DNA of 64,000 nt from Fluviicola taffensis DSM 16823 (GCF_943372375.1 NZ_CALRYJ010000007.1:85128-149127), one strand, 5' to 3'. Numbered from the stretch's first letter, positions 10,204-20,417 are shown. Numbers and translations: made by a program. Notes: generated by a model not told the origin, from the sequence alone.

Positions 10204-10231
10204 GACAACCGAGAATCAATTTACCCCTATT
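10204..10231 (-). promoter_or_regulatory. Putative ECF sigma promoter, copy 2 (autoregulatory)
   Basis: Minus strand AATAGGGGTAAA-TTGATTCTCG-GTTGTC; boxes identical to 6516-6543. Confidence 0.7.
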
Positions 10232-10285
10232 GGGATAGCGATTTTTTTGAAATGGTCTAATTTCAAAAGTGGTAGGACATAAAAA

Positions 10286-10325
10286 AACCTTCTTTCCAAT
10301 GCCTATTCACATCGAAAGGAAGGTT
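10286..10325 (-). terminator. Terminator of the efflux operon
   Basis: AACCTTCTTTC..GAAAGGAAGGTT inverted repeat; A-run at 10281-10287 gives a U-tail on the minus strand. Confidence 0.6.
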
Positions 10326-10354
10326 CCTTTTTATTATTGGGGTGTAACTCAAAC

Positions 10355-11935
10355 TTAGTGATCTGCCACAACTGCTTTCGCACCTTTTTTGTAGCGGATC
10401 AGGAATACGACAGGAATACAGATCAGGATCAGGCAGGCAACCATGAAGAATCCGTGGTTGTAACTTATCAACATCTGTTGTCTGGTCATCAGTCCTTCCA
10501 TTTGGCGATTGGCCATTTCAGTAGCTTGAACCGAATCGAATCCTTTTGAAAGGAAATTTTGAGTAAGCAATTGAATGCGTTCGGAAACGGCATCGCTGTA
10601 TTGATTGATGTAACCGATCATGTTTCCGCGAACCAAGGCGTTGGTGTTTGTCAGATACACATTGATCAAAGCAATCCCAACCGATCCACCCAGCTGACGG
10701 ATCATGTTTGCCAAACCGATAGCCTGTGGCATATCCTTCGGATTCAATCCTTGAACTGCCAGGGAAAGAATCGGAGACATCATAAAGGCCATTCCGAAAC
10801 CACGCAATACGAATGGTAAATAGAAATTACTTTCCGAAGAGTCGGGTGAAGAGAATGCCAGCATCATCACGAAAGTGAAAGTCATTCCAACTCCGAAGAG
10901 GATAACCGTTTTCGGATTCATTCCACCTCCGAGCAATCGACCGACCAATGGCATGGCGACGGCTGTACAAAGTGCCCCAGGAATCATAAACATACCCGTT
11001 TGAGTAGCTGTCCAACCCAGTGAGATTTGTACGAACAAGGGGAAGATAAACACCGTCCCAAAAAGCATCAACCCGAGTAAGAAGTTCATAATGGAACCCA
11101 TGATCATGTTGTAGTTCTTGTACAGTCGGATGTTCACTGCAGGGTAATCAATCTTTAATTCCCGAATGATGAAAGCAGCCAAACTCGCCACCGCAATAAT
11201 GGTCATTGCAGTGATTTCATGACTTTCAAACCAGTCTTCAGCGGTTCCTTCCTCCAGAACGTATTGGATCGAACCGACCGACATGACCAGGAACAAGATT
11301 CCCCACCAGTCGATCTTCCTGGGCTTGACGGCCCCGGGTCGATTGGTCACATAGCGGAAACTTAAGATAGTTGCAGTAATTCCGATTGGAATATTCACGA
11401 AGAAAATCCAATGCCAGGAGAAATTATCCGTGATGTAACCACCTAGAGTTGGCCCGAAGGTTGGTCCAAGGATTAGTCCCATCCCGAAAATAGCATTCGC
11501 TGTAGAGATTTTTTCCGGAGGGAAGGCTCCGATGATAATGGATTGTGCTGTTGAAAGCAAACCACCACCACCTAAACCTTGCACGAATCGCCAGAAAACA
11601 AGTGTCCAAAGATTGGTGGAAAGACCACACATCAGAGACGCTATCGTAAAGATCACAACGGAGCCGGTAAAGTAATTTCGACGACCGAAGAAGTCGCTGA
11701 GCATACTCGTCAGTGGGATGATGATCACGTTTGAAATAGCATAAGCCGTTACGACCCAAGCAATTTCCGTTGTTGTTGCACCTACATTCCCACTGATTTC
11801 ACGTAATGAAACGTTTACAATGGTTGTATCGAGTAACTCGAGAATGGCACAACTGATTGCCGTGATGACCAAGATCCACTTTTCTGCTCCCGTCGGATAA
11901 ACGATAGGGGTTTTTAAAGCTGGAGCTCCTGTCAT
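10355..11935 (-). CDS. emrB: DHA2-family MFS efflux permease (EmrB/QacA-like)
   Basis: 14-TM pattern; LDTTIVNVSL, GPTFGPTLGGYITDNFSWHWIFFVNIPIG. Confidence 0.92.
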   Translation of the reverse strand: MTGAPALKTPIVYPTGAEKWILVITAISCAILELLDTTIVNVSLREISGNVGATTTEIAWVVTAYAISNVIIIPLTSMLSDFFGRRNYFTGSVVIFTIASLMCGLSTNLWTLVFWRFVQGLGGGGLLSTAQSIIIGAFPPEKISTANAIFGMGLILGPTFGPTLGGYITDNFSWHWIFFVNIPIGITATILSFRYVTNRPGAVKPRKIDWWGILFLVMSVGSIQYVLEEGTAEDWFESHEITAMTIIAVASLAAFIIRELKIDYPAVNIRLYKNYNMIMGSIMNFLLGLMLFGTVFIFPLFVQISLGWTATQTGMFMIPGALCTAVAMPLVGRLLGGGMNPKTVILFGVGMTFTFVMMLAFSSPDSSESNFYLPFVLRGFGMAFMMSPILSLAVQGLNPKDMPQAIGLANMIRQLGGSVGIALINVYLTNTNALVRGNMIGYINQYSDAVSERIQLLTQNFLSKGFDSVQATEMANRQMEGLMTRQQMLISYNHGFFMVACLILICIPVVFLIRYKKGAKAVVADH

Positions 11936-13026
11936 TAGTTAACTTTTACAGATACATACGCGCTTAATCCGGGGAAAAGGATTTTCAATTCCTCTTTCGT
12001 CAAATGATCAATCGTAATTTTTACCGGAACACGCTGTACAATTTTCACGAAGTTTCCGGTTGCATTATCAGGAGGCAATAAGGAAAATTTTGCTCCTGTT
12101 GCACCTACGAATGAATTCAATTTACCGGATAACTTGATGTGCGGATATGCATCAACTTTGATTTCAACCGGTTGACCGATTCGCATGTTTTCCAATTGTG
12201 TTTCCTTGAAGTTTGCACTTACCCAAAGGCTGGTGTTGTCAATTGCAGAACAAACCGACTGACCTGTTGAAACATATTGTCCCACTTCAATGCTTCTTTT
12301 TGAAACGATTCCGTCACAAGGAGCTTCAATGGTAGCGTAATCCAATTGTGTAACAGCCAATTTCAATTCTGCTTCACGTTGACGGATCATTGCTTCAGCC
12401 AAAGAGATCATCGATACCTGACCCATTGCCTGAGATCTGACTCCTGCAGATTGCGATTGCGACACTTTCAATTGTTTCAATGCGGAGTCGTATGTAGCCT
12501 GGGCAACTTCCAATTCCGCGTTGCTGTTATCCAGTTCCGATTGTGTTGCTGCTTTTGCCGCGAACATGTTTTTTGTACGCTTGTTGTCTTCTTTTGCTTT
12601 ATTCAATTTTGCTTTCGCCGAGTTGATAGTCTCTTGTGTTGACTCAGTGGAGAACATGGCAGCACTTGCACTTTGGTTGGAAGCCATTGCATTGCTTTTC
12701 ATTGCACCTAAGTTTGCTTTTGCATTTTCCAAAGCTGCTTCCGCCTGAGCTACTTTTGCCTTGTATTCCGTGTCGTCAATAACTACTAATAACTGACCTT
12801 TTTTCACTTCCTGGTTGTCTTCAAACAAGACCTCTTTGACATATCCTGAAATAGATGTGCGAACAGGAATGATGTTTGCGTCTAACTGTGCATTATCCGT
12901 TGATTGCGTGTTTCCGCCCATCATGAAAATCACGATTCCCACGACAACTGCTATTACGATACCTCCAACAACGAATTTCATTTTAGAGCCTTTTCCCTTT
13001 TTTTCTTTTTTGTTTTCCTTTTCCAT
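11935..13026 (-). CDS. emrA: HlyD/EmrA-family membrane fusion protein
   Basis: STDNAQLDA, lipoyl-like halves, FSLLPPDNATGNFVKIVQRVPVKI. Confidence 0.92.
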   Translation of the reverse strand: MEKENKKEKKGKGSKMKFVVGGIVIAVVVGIVIFMMGGNTQSTDNAQLDANIIPVRTSISGYVKEVLFEDNQEVKKGQLLVVIDDTEYKAKVAQAEAALENAKANLGAMKSNAMASNQSASAAMFSTESTQETINSAKAKLNKAKEDNKRTKNMFAAKAATQSELDNSNAELEVAQATYDSALKQLKVSQSQSAGVRSQAMGQVSMISLAEAMIRQREAELKLAVTQLDYATIEAPCDGIVSKRSIEVGQYVSTGQSVCSAIDNTSLWVSANFKETQLENMRIGQPVEIKVDAYPHIKLSGKLNSFVGATGAKFSLLPPDNATGNFVKIVQRVPVKITIDHLTKEELKILFPGLSAYVSVKVN

Positions 13027-13038
13027 GAGTGTTTTGAA

Positions 13039-14298
13039 TTAAAATTTGATTGAACCTGATGTTGCGTTGATTGTTGAAATGGCATTCATTCGTCTGATTT
13101 CGTGAACTTTCTTGTTGAGTTTTGCTTGAAGTTCAGCATTCAATTGAGACAAATAGTTTACGACGGTGATCTTGCCATTTTCCATTTGTGATGTTGCAGT
13201 GGTTGTGACGCTGTGTCTTTTTTCAATGATCACATCGTCTTTTTCGATCATCTGGGCAAGCGCACTTAATTGAGCCGTTTGTGTATTCAGAGAAGACTCG
13301 ATGTTGAATAAGAAAGCTTCTTTTTGAATGTCGATCAGGCTTTTGTTCAGTTCAACTTTCGTTTTCTCTCTTTTCAATCCGTACAAAGAACTGATGTTCC
13401 AACGAACGGTCAGGTTTGCACTTCCGAAGAAACGCAATTCCTGGTTAATGAAGTTTGGACCCGGGCGACCGTAGTTTCCTGCAGCTCCAACAGTTACTCT
13501 TGGAATTGCATTGACATTGATCTGTTTGAAACGTGCGTCCAACAACTTCGCTTGAAGATCGAAAATTTTCATTTCCGGACGTTGAATTTCAATTCGTGCG
13601 GCTGTTCCTCCAATTGGAGTTTCTGCAAGAACCGTGTTTTCATCAACCGGTTTGCCGATGTAGAGTGTCATTGTCTTGTAAAGTCCTTCCAATTGAAACT
13701 TGGATTCGATGATGTTCTGCTCAGTCTTCAGGATTTCTGCTTCTAACTCATCCAATGAACTGGATAGTACCAATCCATTGTCAACCCCGGCCTTCATGTT
13801 TTTAGCTCTGTTCGACAAGTCTTCTTTGTAGAGTTCCAGGATTCGCAAATTCTCGCGACCTAATAGTACATTGACATACAATTGATTTACCCGTTCAACC
13901 AATTTATAAAGCTCCACCTCATTTTGTTGAATGGTCAATTCAGAACTCAATTGTTCTACGCTGTGTTGCGATTTTGTGAGTCCACCATCGATGATTGTTT
14001 GCTCTAAGCTTAAGGAGGTCAAATAAGCATCGTGAGGAAACTTCAAATCCATTCCCGGGAAATCGAATTGAACGACCTCTGTATTGTAAGTTGCCTGTCC
14101 TAAGAATGAAAGTTTAGGTAGCCAGTTTTCACGGATTCCTTTTTCATTTTGTTCTGTCTGTTGTAGGGTAATTTCGTTCTGCTTGATTAATGGGTAGTTT
14201 TTCTTGGACCAAGAAATGCACGAGTCCAGTGAAATGGAGTTTTGCGAAAACCCAATCCCTGCTGTAGCAATGCTTAGTACTGTAAGTAATTTGCGCAT
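13039..14298 (-). CDS. TolC-family outer-membrane efflux protein
   Basis: Signal peptide, two OEP-like halves (NWLPKLSF / NAIPRVTV), position in the operon. Confidence 0.85.
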   Translation of the reverse strand: MRKLLTVLSIATAGIGFSQNSISLDSCISWSKKNYPLIKQNEITLQQTEQNEKGIRENWLPKLSFLGQATYNTEVVQFDFPGMDLKFPHDAYLTSLSLEQTIIDGGLTKSQHSVEQLSSELTIQQNEVELYKLVERVNQLYVNVLLGRENLRILELYKEDLSNRAKNMKAGVDNGLVLSSSLDELEAEILKTEQNIIESKFQLEGLYKTMTLYIGKPVDENTVLAETPIGGTAARIEIQRPEMKIFDLQAKLLDARFKQINVNAIPRVTVGAAGNYGRPGPNFINQELRFFGSANLTVRWNISSLYGLKREKTKVELNKSLIDIQKEAFLFNIESSLNTQTAQLSALAQMIEKDDVIIEKRHSVTTTATSQMENGKITVVNYLSQLNAELQAKLNKKVHEIRRMNAISTINATSGSIKF

Positions 14299-14309
14299 AA
14301 TTGTTTGTG

Positions 14310-14915
14310 TTATTGAAGTTTGAAGGAAATGAACTCTTTGACGGATTGTTTGATTTGGTCTTTTGCCTCAATATCCCAGTTGTATCCGTGTTTTTTCAGG
14401 ATTACCTTGTAAAGCGGAGACGCCAAAAATGGATAAGCGCAAAGAGAATGCAGATTAACCATGAAAATTACGGGATCGAAAGGCTTCAGCTCGCCCTTTT
14501 CAAATGCTTCTTCCAGGGATGGAATCAAGGAAGCTTTTTGTTGTTTGATGTGTTTCACCTTTTCATGAAACATCTCCGGGTTGATGGAAATCTCCTTGAT
14601 GATGAACATCGACATTTGAGGGTATTCGGTAAAGAACTCGAACATGTTGTCCACATAAAGCATCAAACGCTCTTTGATCGGAATGGACTTCTCTCCGATA
14701 ACAGTCATTTGAGAGAAATATTTTTCCAATGCTCCGTCAAAAACAGCGTCAAATAATTTCTCTTTGCTTCGGAAGTAATAGTGAAGTAATGCTTTGTTTA
14801 TTCCCGCTGTGTCAGCAATATCCTGCATGCGTGCACCGTAAAGACCATACTTCATAAAAACCTCTTTGGCAGCCTCCAAGATTTTTTCTTCCGTTGTTGA
14901 ATCTTTTAATCCCAT
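14310..14915 (-). CDS. TetR/AcrR-family regulator
   Basis: KILEAAKEVFMKYGLYGARMQDIADTAGINKALLHYYFRSKEKLF HTH. Confidence 0.93.
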   Translation of the reverse strand: MGLKDSTTEEKILEAAKEVFMKYGLYGARMQDIADTAGINKALLHYYFRSKEKLFDAVFDGALEKYFSQMTVIGEKSIPIKERLMLYVDNMFEFFTEYPQMSMFIIKEISINPEMFHEKVKHIKQQKASLIPSLEEAFEKGELKPFDPVIFMVNLHSLCAYPFLASPLYKVILKKHGYNWDIEAKDQIKQSVKEFISFKLQ

Positions 14916-14928
14916 AGTTTAATTATTA

Positions 14929-14950
14929 AGTTTAACCATATGGTTAAACT
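14929..14950. promoter_or_regulatory. Putative TetR operator, perfect 22-bp palindrome
   Basis: AGTTTAACCATATGGTTAAACT lies between the -7 box TAGTTTTG (minus strand, 14957-14964) and the tetR start. Confidence 0.75.
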
Positions 14951-15059
14951 GTTTTGCAAAACTACGTACTTAATTTTATTTCACGCTACTTGAATTGAAA
15001 AAAATTACTTAATAAGATTTAACAATCTGTAAATCAGATATTTTAGTTTGGGATGTAAA

Positions 15060-16364
15060 CTAAACGGGTTGACGTAAAAATTCCTGTGGATTTTCCCGTG
15101 TCAGCAAATCATGGAAATCAGCGAGTTCTTCTTTTGCAAGTTTGTATAGATCACTTTCGCATTTTTCCTGTTCAGTCATAAAGAAATCTGTTCCGAACAA
15201 TACGCGTTTTGCCAAAGGCTGCCCTTGATTATCTGAGGTATTCAGGAACCGAACAATTGCTGCTCGGATATCTTTGTCATCCAAATCACTCAATGTATAT
15301 GAGATATCTGTATACAGATTCGGATAATGCACCATCATTTCCAGGATCCTATCGCACCACAATTGGCTGTCAAAGCGACGAATTTGTTTCAAATCCGGAT
15401 CTTTATCACTTTTGTCAATTAGTTCATTGGAACCACCCATATGGGCTAGACAGATTTTCAGCCGGGGAAATTTTTCCAAAAGCGGAATGTAGTTTTCCGG
15501 ATGAGTGAATAGGTCACAAGCTTTATCGTTGTCTCCCTGTTTATTGTCAATGACCCACTTTTGGTCATAGTAGATTTGAATCCGGGTGTAAATATTGTCC
15601 CGTGCAGTTAAAACTTCTTGTGATGGATTTTCGGGTAAGATCATGGATGGTTTCAAAGGAATCAATTCTGTGATTTTACTTCCGATATATTGTGATCCGA
15701 CGCGTGTTACATGGGTCACTATAGGTAATTGATTTGCTTCGGAATAAGCATATAGCTCATCCAATCGCGGATCAAAGGCAAAAAATCCTAAAGCCGGGTA
15801 CAATTTGATGCCTGAAAAATACGGAAAAACCATTCCATCCTTTTGAAGTCCCATTTCAAAATACGATTTGGACCAATTCACCAAATCCATTCCTGATTTA
15901 TGGCGCGGATCAATTCCTAAGAACGGGAAGAAATTTTTTGGGTAATATCTTTTGATGTCTTTAACTGCTTCCAATTGGGTTTCAAATGAGATTTGACGGC
16001 TGGAGAATCGATTGTCCATAAAATCCATGTTCATCGTTAATCCGACAATTCGAACCTGAGAATCGTACTGCTTCCCCACTTCAAATTCCAATTCAAAGAC
16101 ATCGAGTTGTTTGCGTTGAGTGGCAACATTCAGGAAGGCAATGTATTTATCAAAGCTGTTTCGCTTATTACTGTCTTTTTTGGAGGCAATTTTTGAGAAT
16201 CCGACAATCAGTTTCCGTGCCCATTTACTATCCAAAATTACTTTAATCGCTTTTGGCATGCGGCGCACCACTTTAAATGGCAGAATACGCAAGAAGTTAT
16301 CAGGAACACATTCACTGTTAAAAACATGTGCATGAATATTTGAAAACGGGTACTGTTTCATCAT
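15060..16364 (-). CDS. Amidohydrolase_2-family metal-dependent hydrolase
   Basis: NIHAH, GIKLYP, THVT, LAHMGG, YTDISY, VLFGTDF TIM-barrel motifs. Confidence 0.82.
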   Translation of the reverse strand: MMKQYPFSNIHAHVFNSECVPDNFLRILPFKVVRRMPKAIKVILDSKWARKLIVGFSKIASKKDSNKRNSFDKYIAFLNVATQRKQLDVFELEFEVGKQYDSQVRIVGLTMNMDFMDNRFSSRQISFETQLEAVKDIKRYYPKNFFPFLGIDPRHKSGMDLVNWSKSYFEMGLQKDGMVFPYFSGIKLYPALGFFAFDPRLDELYAYSEANQLPIVTHVTRVGSQYIGSKITELIPLKPSMILPENPSQEVLTARDNIYTRIQIYYDQKWVIDNKQGDNDKACDLFTHPENYIPLLEKFPRLKICLAHMGGSNELIDKSDKDPDLKQIRRFDSQLWCDRILEMMVHYPNLYTDISYTLSDLDDKDIRAAIVRFLNTSDNQGQPLAKRVLFGTDFFMTEQEKCESDLYKLAKEELADFHDLLTRENPQEFLRQPV

Positions 16365-16388
16365 GTGTTATTTTAAGGTTTTGCCTGT

Positions 16389-17612
16389 TTATTTTTTATT
16401 TTCTTCAGGAACCTTGCCTGATCTTCTGATATTGACGAATTTGACAAGTATTTCGAACCAGAATGGCGCACCAAAGCTTAATGAAACTCCGGAAATAATG
16501 ATTCCGATAAGATACCTCCAAAAATTCCCGCCTCCGGAAGTACTGTTCCGGTTTTTCAAGTAAGCTACCAATCCGGATTTGCTGCCGGCTTGAGGTTTAG
16601 AAAGACTGTCTGTAGCTGTTTTGGTTTTATTACATTTTAACCAGGATAGGGGAGCGGTTGCAGAAGACCAGCCGATAGGAATATTGAGTTCTGAAACCAG
16701 ATTGATTGCACTGTCCAATTGATACAGGTTTCTTTTAGCTTCCAGGTTCGAGCTGTCAATTGATTTTATCAGATTGCTAATTTTAACGCGTTTAATTGAA
16801 TCATCCGAATTATTGGCGGTGTCTTTAGAGGATCTGACTATTTCAACAGATTTCAGGATTAAACTCAAATTGTTTCGTGCCAGGGAATCTTTTTTCAGGT
16901 TATCTGCTGTTTGTTCCGCACTTGCGACCAATCTATTTCTCAGATTGTCGTCCAGACTCAAGACCTTTATTAGGTGTAAACTATCTACATTGAGCGAAAT
17001 GGCAACAACGAATCCTACAAAGAGAAATTTTTTGCGCTGTTTGGTTTTATACCAACCCGAAACACGATCCATGTAATCATTGAACCATTGTTCTATATGT
17101 GTTTTTAATTTGGAGTAATCAAGTTCGGATTTGTCATTTAGGGACTTATCTAAAAACGATTGCATTAAATCGGAAAACTGGCTGGTGTTCATGTTGTTGA
17201 TTCCCAGTTGAAAGCGTTTAAGTATATCAGCAGGAATTTCAGTGCTGTCTATTTGATATTGTTTTGCTCCCTCCGGACCGATTACAACTTGAACTTTTCG
17301 TTCATGAATAGCCTGCTGAGCAATAACATCAATCAAAACCTCAGCAAACATGCGGGAAGAAATGTATTGAGGATTTTTATCTTTCGCACTTTTTAATCCG
17401 GCAATGGTGACATGATTATAGAACAGATAGCCGTAATCTTTATTTAGGGGATCTTTCAATAATTTATAAATAGCGTCCTTTAGGAAAATTCCGCGTTCTT
17501 TTGAATAAGAATTCCACCATTCTGTCAAAATGGATACGAGAATACTCAAAACGGCATAAATAAATGCCAGCGAAATTAAAATGAGGAGAATGTTGTTATT
17601 GGCAAAATCCAT
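16389..17612 (-). CDS. Uncharacterised multi-pass membrane protein (GAPFWF motif)
   Basis: 407 aa; N-terminal TM, central QWFNDYMDRVSGWYK plus TM, C-terminal TM ending SFGAPFWFEIL. Confidence 0.75.
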   Translation of the reverse strand: MDFANNNILLILISLAFIYAVLSILVSILTEWWNSYSKERGIFLKDAIYKLLKDPLNKDYGYLFYNHVTIAGLKSAKDKNPQYISSRMFAEVLIDVIAQQAIHERKVQVVIGPEGAKQYQIDSTEIPADILKRFQLGINNMNTSQFSDLMQSFLDKSLNDKSELDYSKLKTHIEQWFNDYMDRVSGWYKTKQRKKFLFVGFVVAISLNVDSLHLIKVLSLDDNLRNRLVASAEQTADNLKKDSLARNNLSLILKSVEIVRSSKDTANNSDDSIKRVKISNLIKSIDSSNLEAKRNLYQLDSAINLVSELNIPIGWSSATAPLSWLKCNKTKTATDSLSKPQAGSKSGLVAYLKNRNSTSGGGNFWRYLIGIIISGVSLSFGAPFWFEILVKFVNIRRSGKVPEENKK

Positions 17613-17931
17613 AGCAGTGAATAATTGAAGGTTAGAACCAAGTGAGTGGTTTGAAAATTAAATTCCATAAATAAGTTGAACCAAAAATATAAAATAATCG
17701 ATAACGTGAGTTCGATTTTTAAATTATTTTTTTGTAAATTTTTAATTCTATATGATTGATAATCAAAACAATTGAAAATAAATAGTTAGTTGAAACAGAA
17801 AACGTGTTATTCGAAGTATCAATTTTAAAATCGAGCTAAAATGAAACATGCTAAAATGTCATTTTCATTTAAAATAACAGCTTGTTTTTGTATCTTTACA
17901 ATCCTTTTAATTTTAGAAATCAAAGAAGTGT

Positions 17932-19101
17932 ATGAACAATTTTGAAATAACAACTCCAACGACGGTCGTTTTTGGTAAAGATCAATTACCACGTATTTCT
18001 CAGTTGCTCAAAACACAGGCGGTTGATGGAAAAGTGATTGTTTTAACGGGTGGAGGATCCATTGAAAAATCGGGCTTTTTAGACAAGTTGAAAGCTGAAT
18101 TGAGCGATTTGGAATTGCACTTTTTTAAAGGAATTGAAGCAAATCCAGAATTCACCACCTTAATGAAAGCGGTGGAATATATCCGTGAGCATCAGATTGG
18201 TTATATGCTGGCTGTTGGTGGCGGATCTGTAATTGATGGTGCGAAATTTATTTCCGGAGCGGTAAATTATGCCGGTGATCCATGGGAAGTATTAACTCAA
18301 GTTCCAGGATCTGTTTTTACATCTGCCGTTCCTTTCGGATGCATTCTGACTATCCCGGCAACAGGATCCGAATCGAATTCAGGGGCGGTGATCAGTCGTT
18401 CCGAATTGAAAGAGAAACGAACGATGGGCGGACCATTGTTCTTCCCGAAGTTTGCATTATTGGACCCGACTTTCGTTGCGACCTTGCCAAAACGCCAGAT
18501 TGCCAACGGAGTAATTGATGCATATACACATACGATGGAGCAATACCTGACTTTTAAAGGAGAGAATCTCTTGCAGGAACGGTATGCGGAAGGAATTCTT
18601 TCCACTTTGATTGAAATCGGGGAAAAGGTTTTGGAAAACCCGGCTGATTATGATTTGGCTGCAAACCTGATGTGGTGCGCCAATCAGGCATTGAATGGTG
18701 TTTTGCGCTGTGGGGTCACCACGGATTGGGCTACGCACATGATCGGTCACGAACTGACTGCTTTACATGGAATCGACCACGCACAATCATTAGCGATCAT
18801 TGCTCCGAGGTTGTATGAGGTGAAATTTGAAAGCAAAAAAGCAAAACTGACACAATACGGAAAACGCGTTTGGAACCTGGAAGGTTCGGATGATCAGATT
18901 GCCAGAAAAGCAATTGCAAAAACGGAAGCGTTTTTTCATAAGTTGAGTGTGAAGACACGTATTTCGGAATATACGAACGATTATCATGACACGGCTAAAA
19001 TGGTGCATGACCGATTTGTTCAGCGAGGCTGGTTAGGACTTGGGGAGAATAAGGATTTAACCCCGAAGGAAGCAGAATACATTGTTAATCAAGCTATTTG
19101 A
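17932..19101 (+). CDS. Iron-containing alcohol dehydrogenase (YqhD/BdhA-like)
   Basis: GGGSIEK, AVGGGSVIDGAK, PATGSE, DWATHMIGHELTALHGIDHA. Confidence 0.9.
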   Translation: MNNFEITTPTTVVFGKDQLPRISQLLKTQAVDGKVIVLTGGGSIEKSGFLDKLKAELSDLELHFFKGIEANPEFTTLMKAVEYIREHQIGYMLAVGGGSVIDGAKFISGAVNYAGDPWEVLTQVPGSVFTSAVPFGCILTIPATGSESNSGAVISRSELKEKRTMGGPLFFPKFALLDPTFVATLPKRQIANGVIDAYTHTMEQYLTFKGENLLQERYAEGILSTLIEIGEKVLENPADYDLAANLMWCANQALNGVLRCGVTTDWATHMIGHELTALHGIDHAQSLAIIAPRLYEVKFESKKAKLTQYGKRVWNLEGSDDQIARKAIAKTEAFFHKLSVKTRISEYTNDYHDTAKMVHDRFVQRGWLGLGENKDLTPKEAEYIVNQAI

Positions 19102-20135
19102 TGGGACTTTCAGACAGATACACCATTCGTAGGGAAGCAACTCCTGCTTTGTTGGATTTATTGACTCAAACAACTTTGGGTACAAATGGTGCGCGTTATA
19201 AGCATCTGGACACACCAACACGCATACATGATGCGGATAATCCCCTGTTTATCTCTTTGGAAAGGGATGGAAAAGTGCAAGGAAATCTGACCTTATGTGA
19301 TCGCGGGAAACAATGGTATGTGCGTTATTTTGCATTTGCCAATCAGAAACAGGCATCCAAGAATGTGAATCGTGTTCCTAAAAGCAATTCCCGCCTGAAA
19401 ATGGAAATGGCGAGTTTTTTTGATGAAATTTTCGATGGAAAACTAGGCGAAGCACCAGATGCTTTTTACGCCTATATCGACCCGGCAAATGACCGCAGTA
19501 AATGGATGTCTGAACAATTCGGTTTCCACACAGAAGCACAATTGATCTCGCAGTCATTCAGTCGTACCAAACCACGCAGCGTTGCACATGTCAAACAAAT
19601 TGAATCGGAAGATGAGATCAATGAATGTTTGGCTAAAGTATCGCATTCACACGCTTATTTCGTGGAACATCATGCAAAGAAAGGTCCGTTCTACGGGTAT
19701 TTTAACCATGCAGGTGAAATAACAGGATTTGTTAAAGTGACCAAAGCCAATTGGGTGATTGAACGTTTACCAGGTCTTTTAGGTGGAATTTTCACCAAGT
19801 TGATCACTATCACCCCGGGAATACGTCGTATCGTAAAACCCAAAAGTCACAGTTTTCTGGTTCCGGAATCACTTTGGATCAAGGACAATGATCCGGGCGT
19901 ACTATCAGCTTTACTGGAAGGAATCTTAGCTGCGGAAAAAGTGAATATGATGCTGTGGTTTGTTGACAGACGGGAGTCACTTTGGAGAGAAAGTCGCCAA
20001 TACGTTGATTGGGGATTGTTTCATAAAATGACACCGCAACCTATTGTGGATGTGGTTGTTTTACGAAAGAACCCCTTGAAGATGGATGAATTGCGATCGA
20101 AGCCAATTTTTGTGGCTGGTTGGGATATGGTGTAG
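19101..20135 (+). CDS. Hypothetical protein, possible tandem GNAT-like fold
   Basis: ATG overlaps the adh stop (TGATG). GNAT fold is only a weak impression. Confidence 0.6.
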   Translation: MGLSDRYTIRREATPALLDLLTQTTLGTNGARYKHLDTPTRIHDADNPLFISLERDGKVQGNLTLCDRGKQWYVRYFAFANQKQASKNVNRVPKSNSRLKMEMASFFDEIFDGKLGEAPDAFYAYIDPANDRSKWMSEQFGFHTEAQLISQSFSRTKPRSVAHVKQIESEDEINECLAKVSHSHAYFVEHHAKKGPFYGYFNHAGEITGFVKVTKANWVIERLPGLLGGIFTKLITITPGIRRIVKPKSHSFLVPESLWIKDNDPGVLSALLEGILAAEKVNMMLWFVDRRESLWRESRQYVDWGLFHKMTPQPIVDVVVLRKNPLKMDELRSKPIFVAGWDMV

Positions 20136-20170
20136 GCAAGAAAACTGCAATTTACATTCATTTTTGTTTC

Positions 20171-20327
20171 ACCACAAATGCCAAATATTTGAGGCACTTA
20201 CCAGTCACCTCCTTACTTTATGTATGGATTTATTATTTAATCCTTATGCTCAAAAGCGAGTGCGGTGCGCCTATGCTGAAGCTTCAGCGTAAGCATTAGC
20301 CGAGCCAATAATTTGTGCATTTGCGGT
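20171..20327. repeat. Imperfect inverted repeat pair enclosing a GCTGAAGCTTCAGC palindromic element
   Basis: ACCACAAATGCCAAAT (20171-20186) vs ATTTGTGCATTTGCGGT (20311-20327); internal CTATGCTGAAGCTTCAGCGTAAGCA (20271-20295). Confidence 0.55.
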
Positions 20328-20417
20328 AAATGACATTTGTTTTGGTTTATACTTTCTACGCTATTATTTCCGAAAAATAGTTAAATTCAAATCCGGACAA
20401 AATAAAGCCCTCGTTTG

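Noticed and set aside
10160-10219. N-terminal extension of the ECF sigma given by the track
   Set aside because: Overlaps the putative promoter boxes; GTG at 10159 gives a normal-length sigma.
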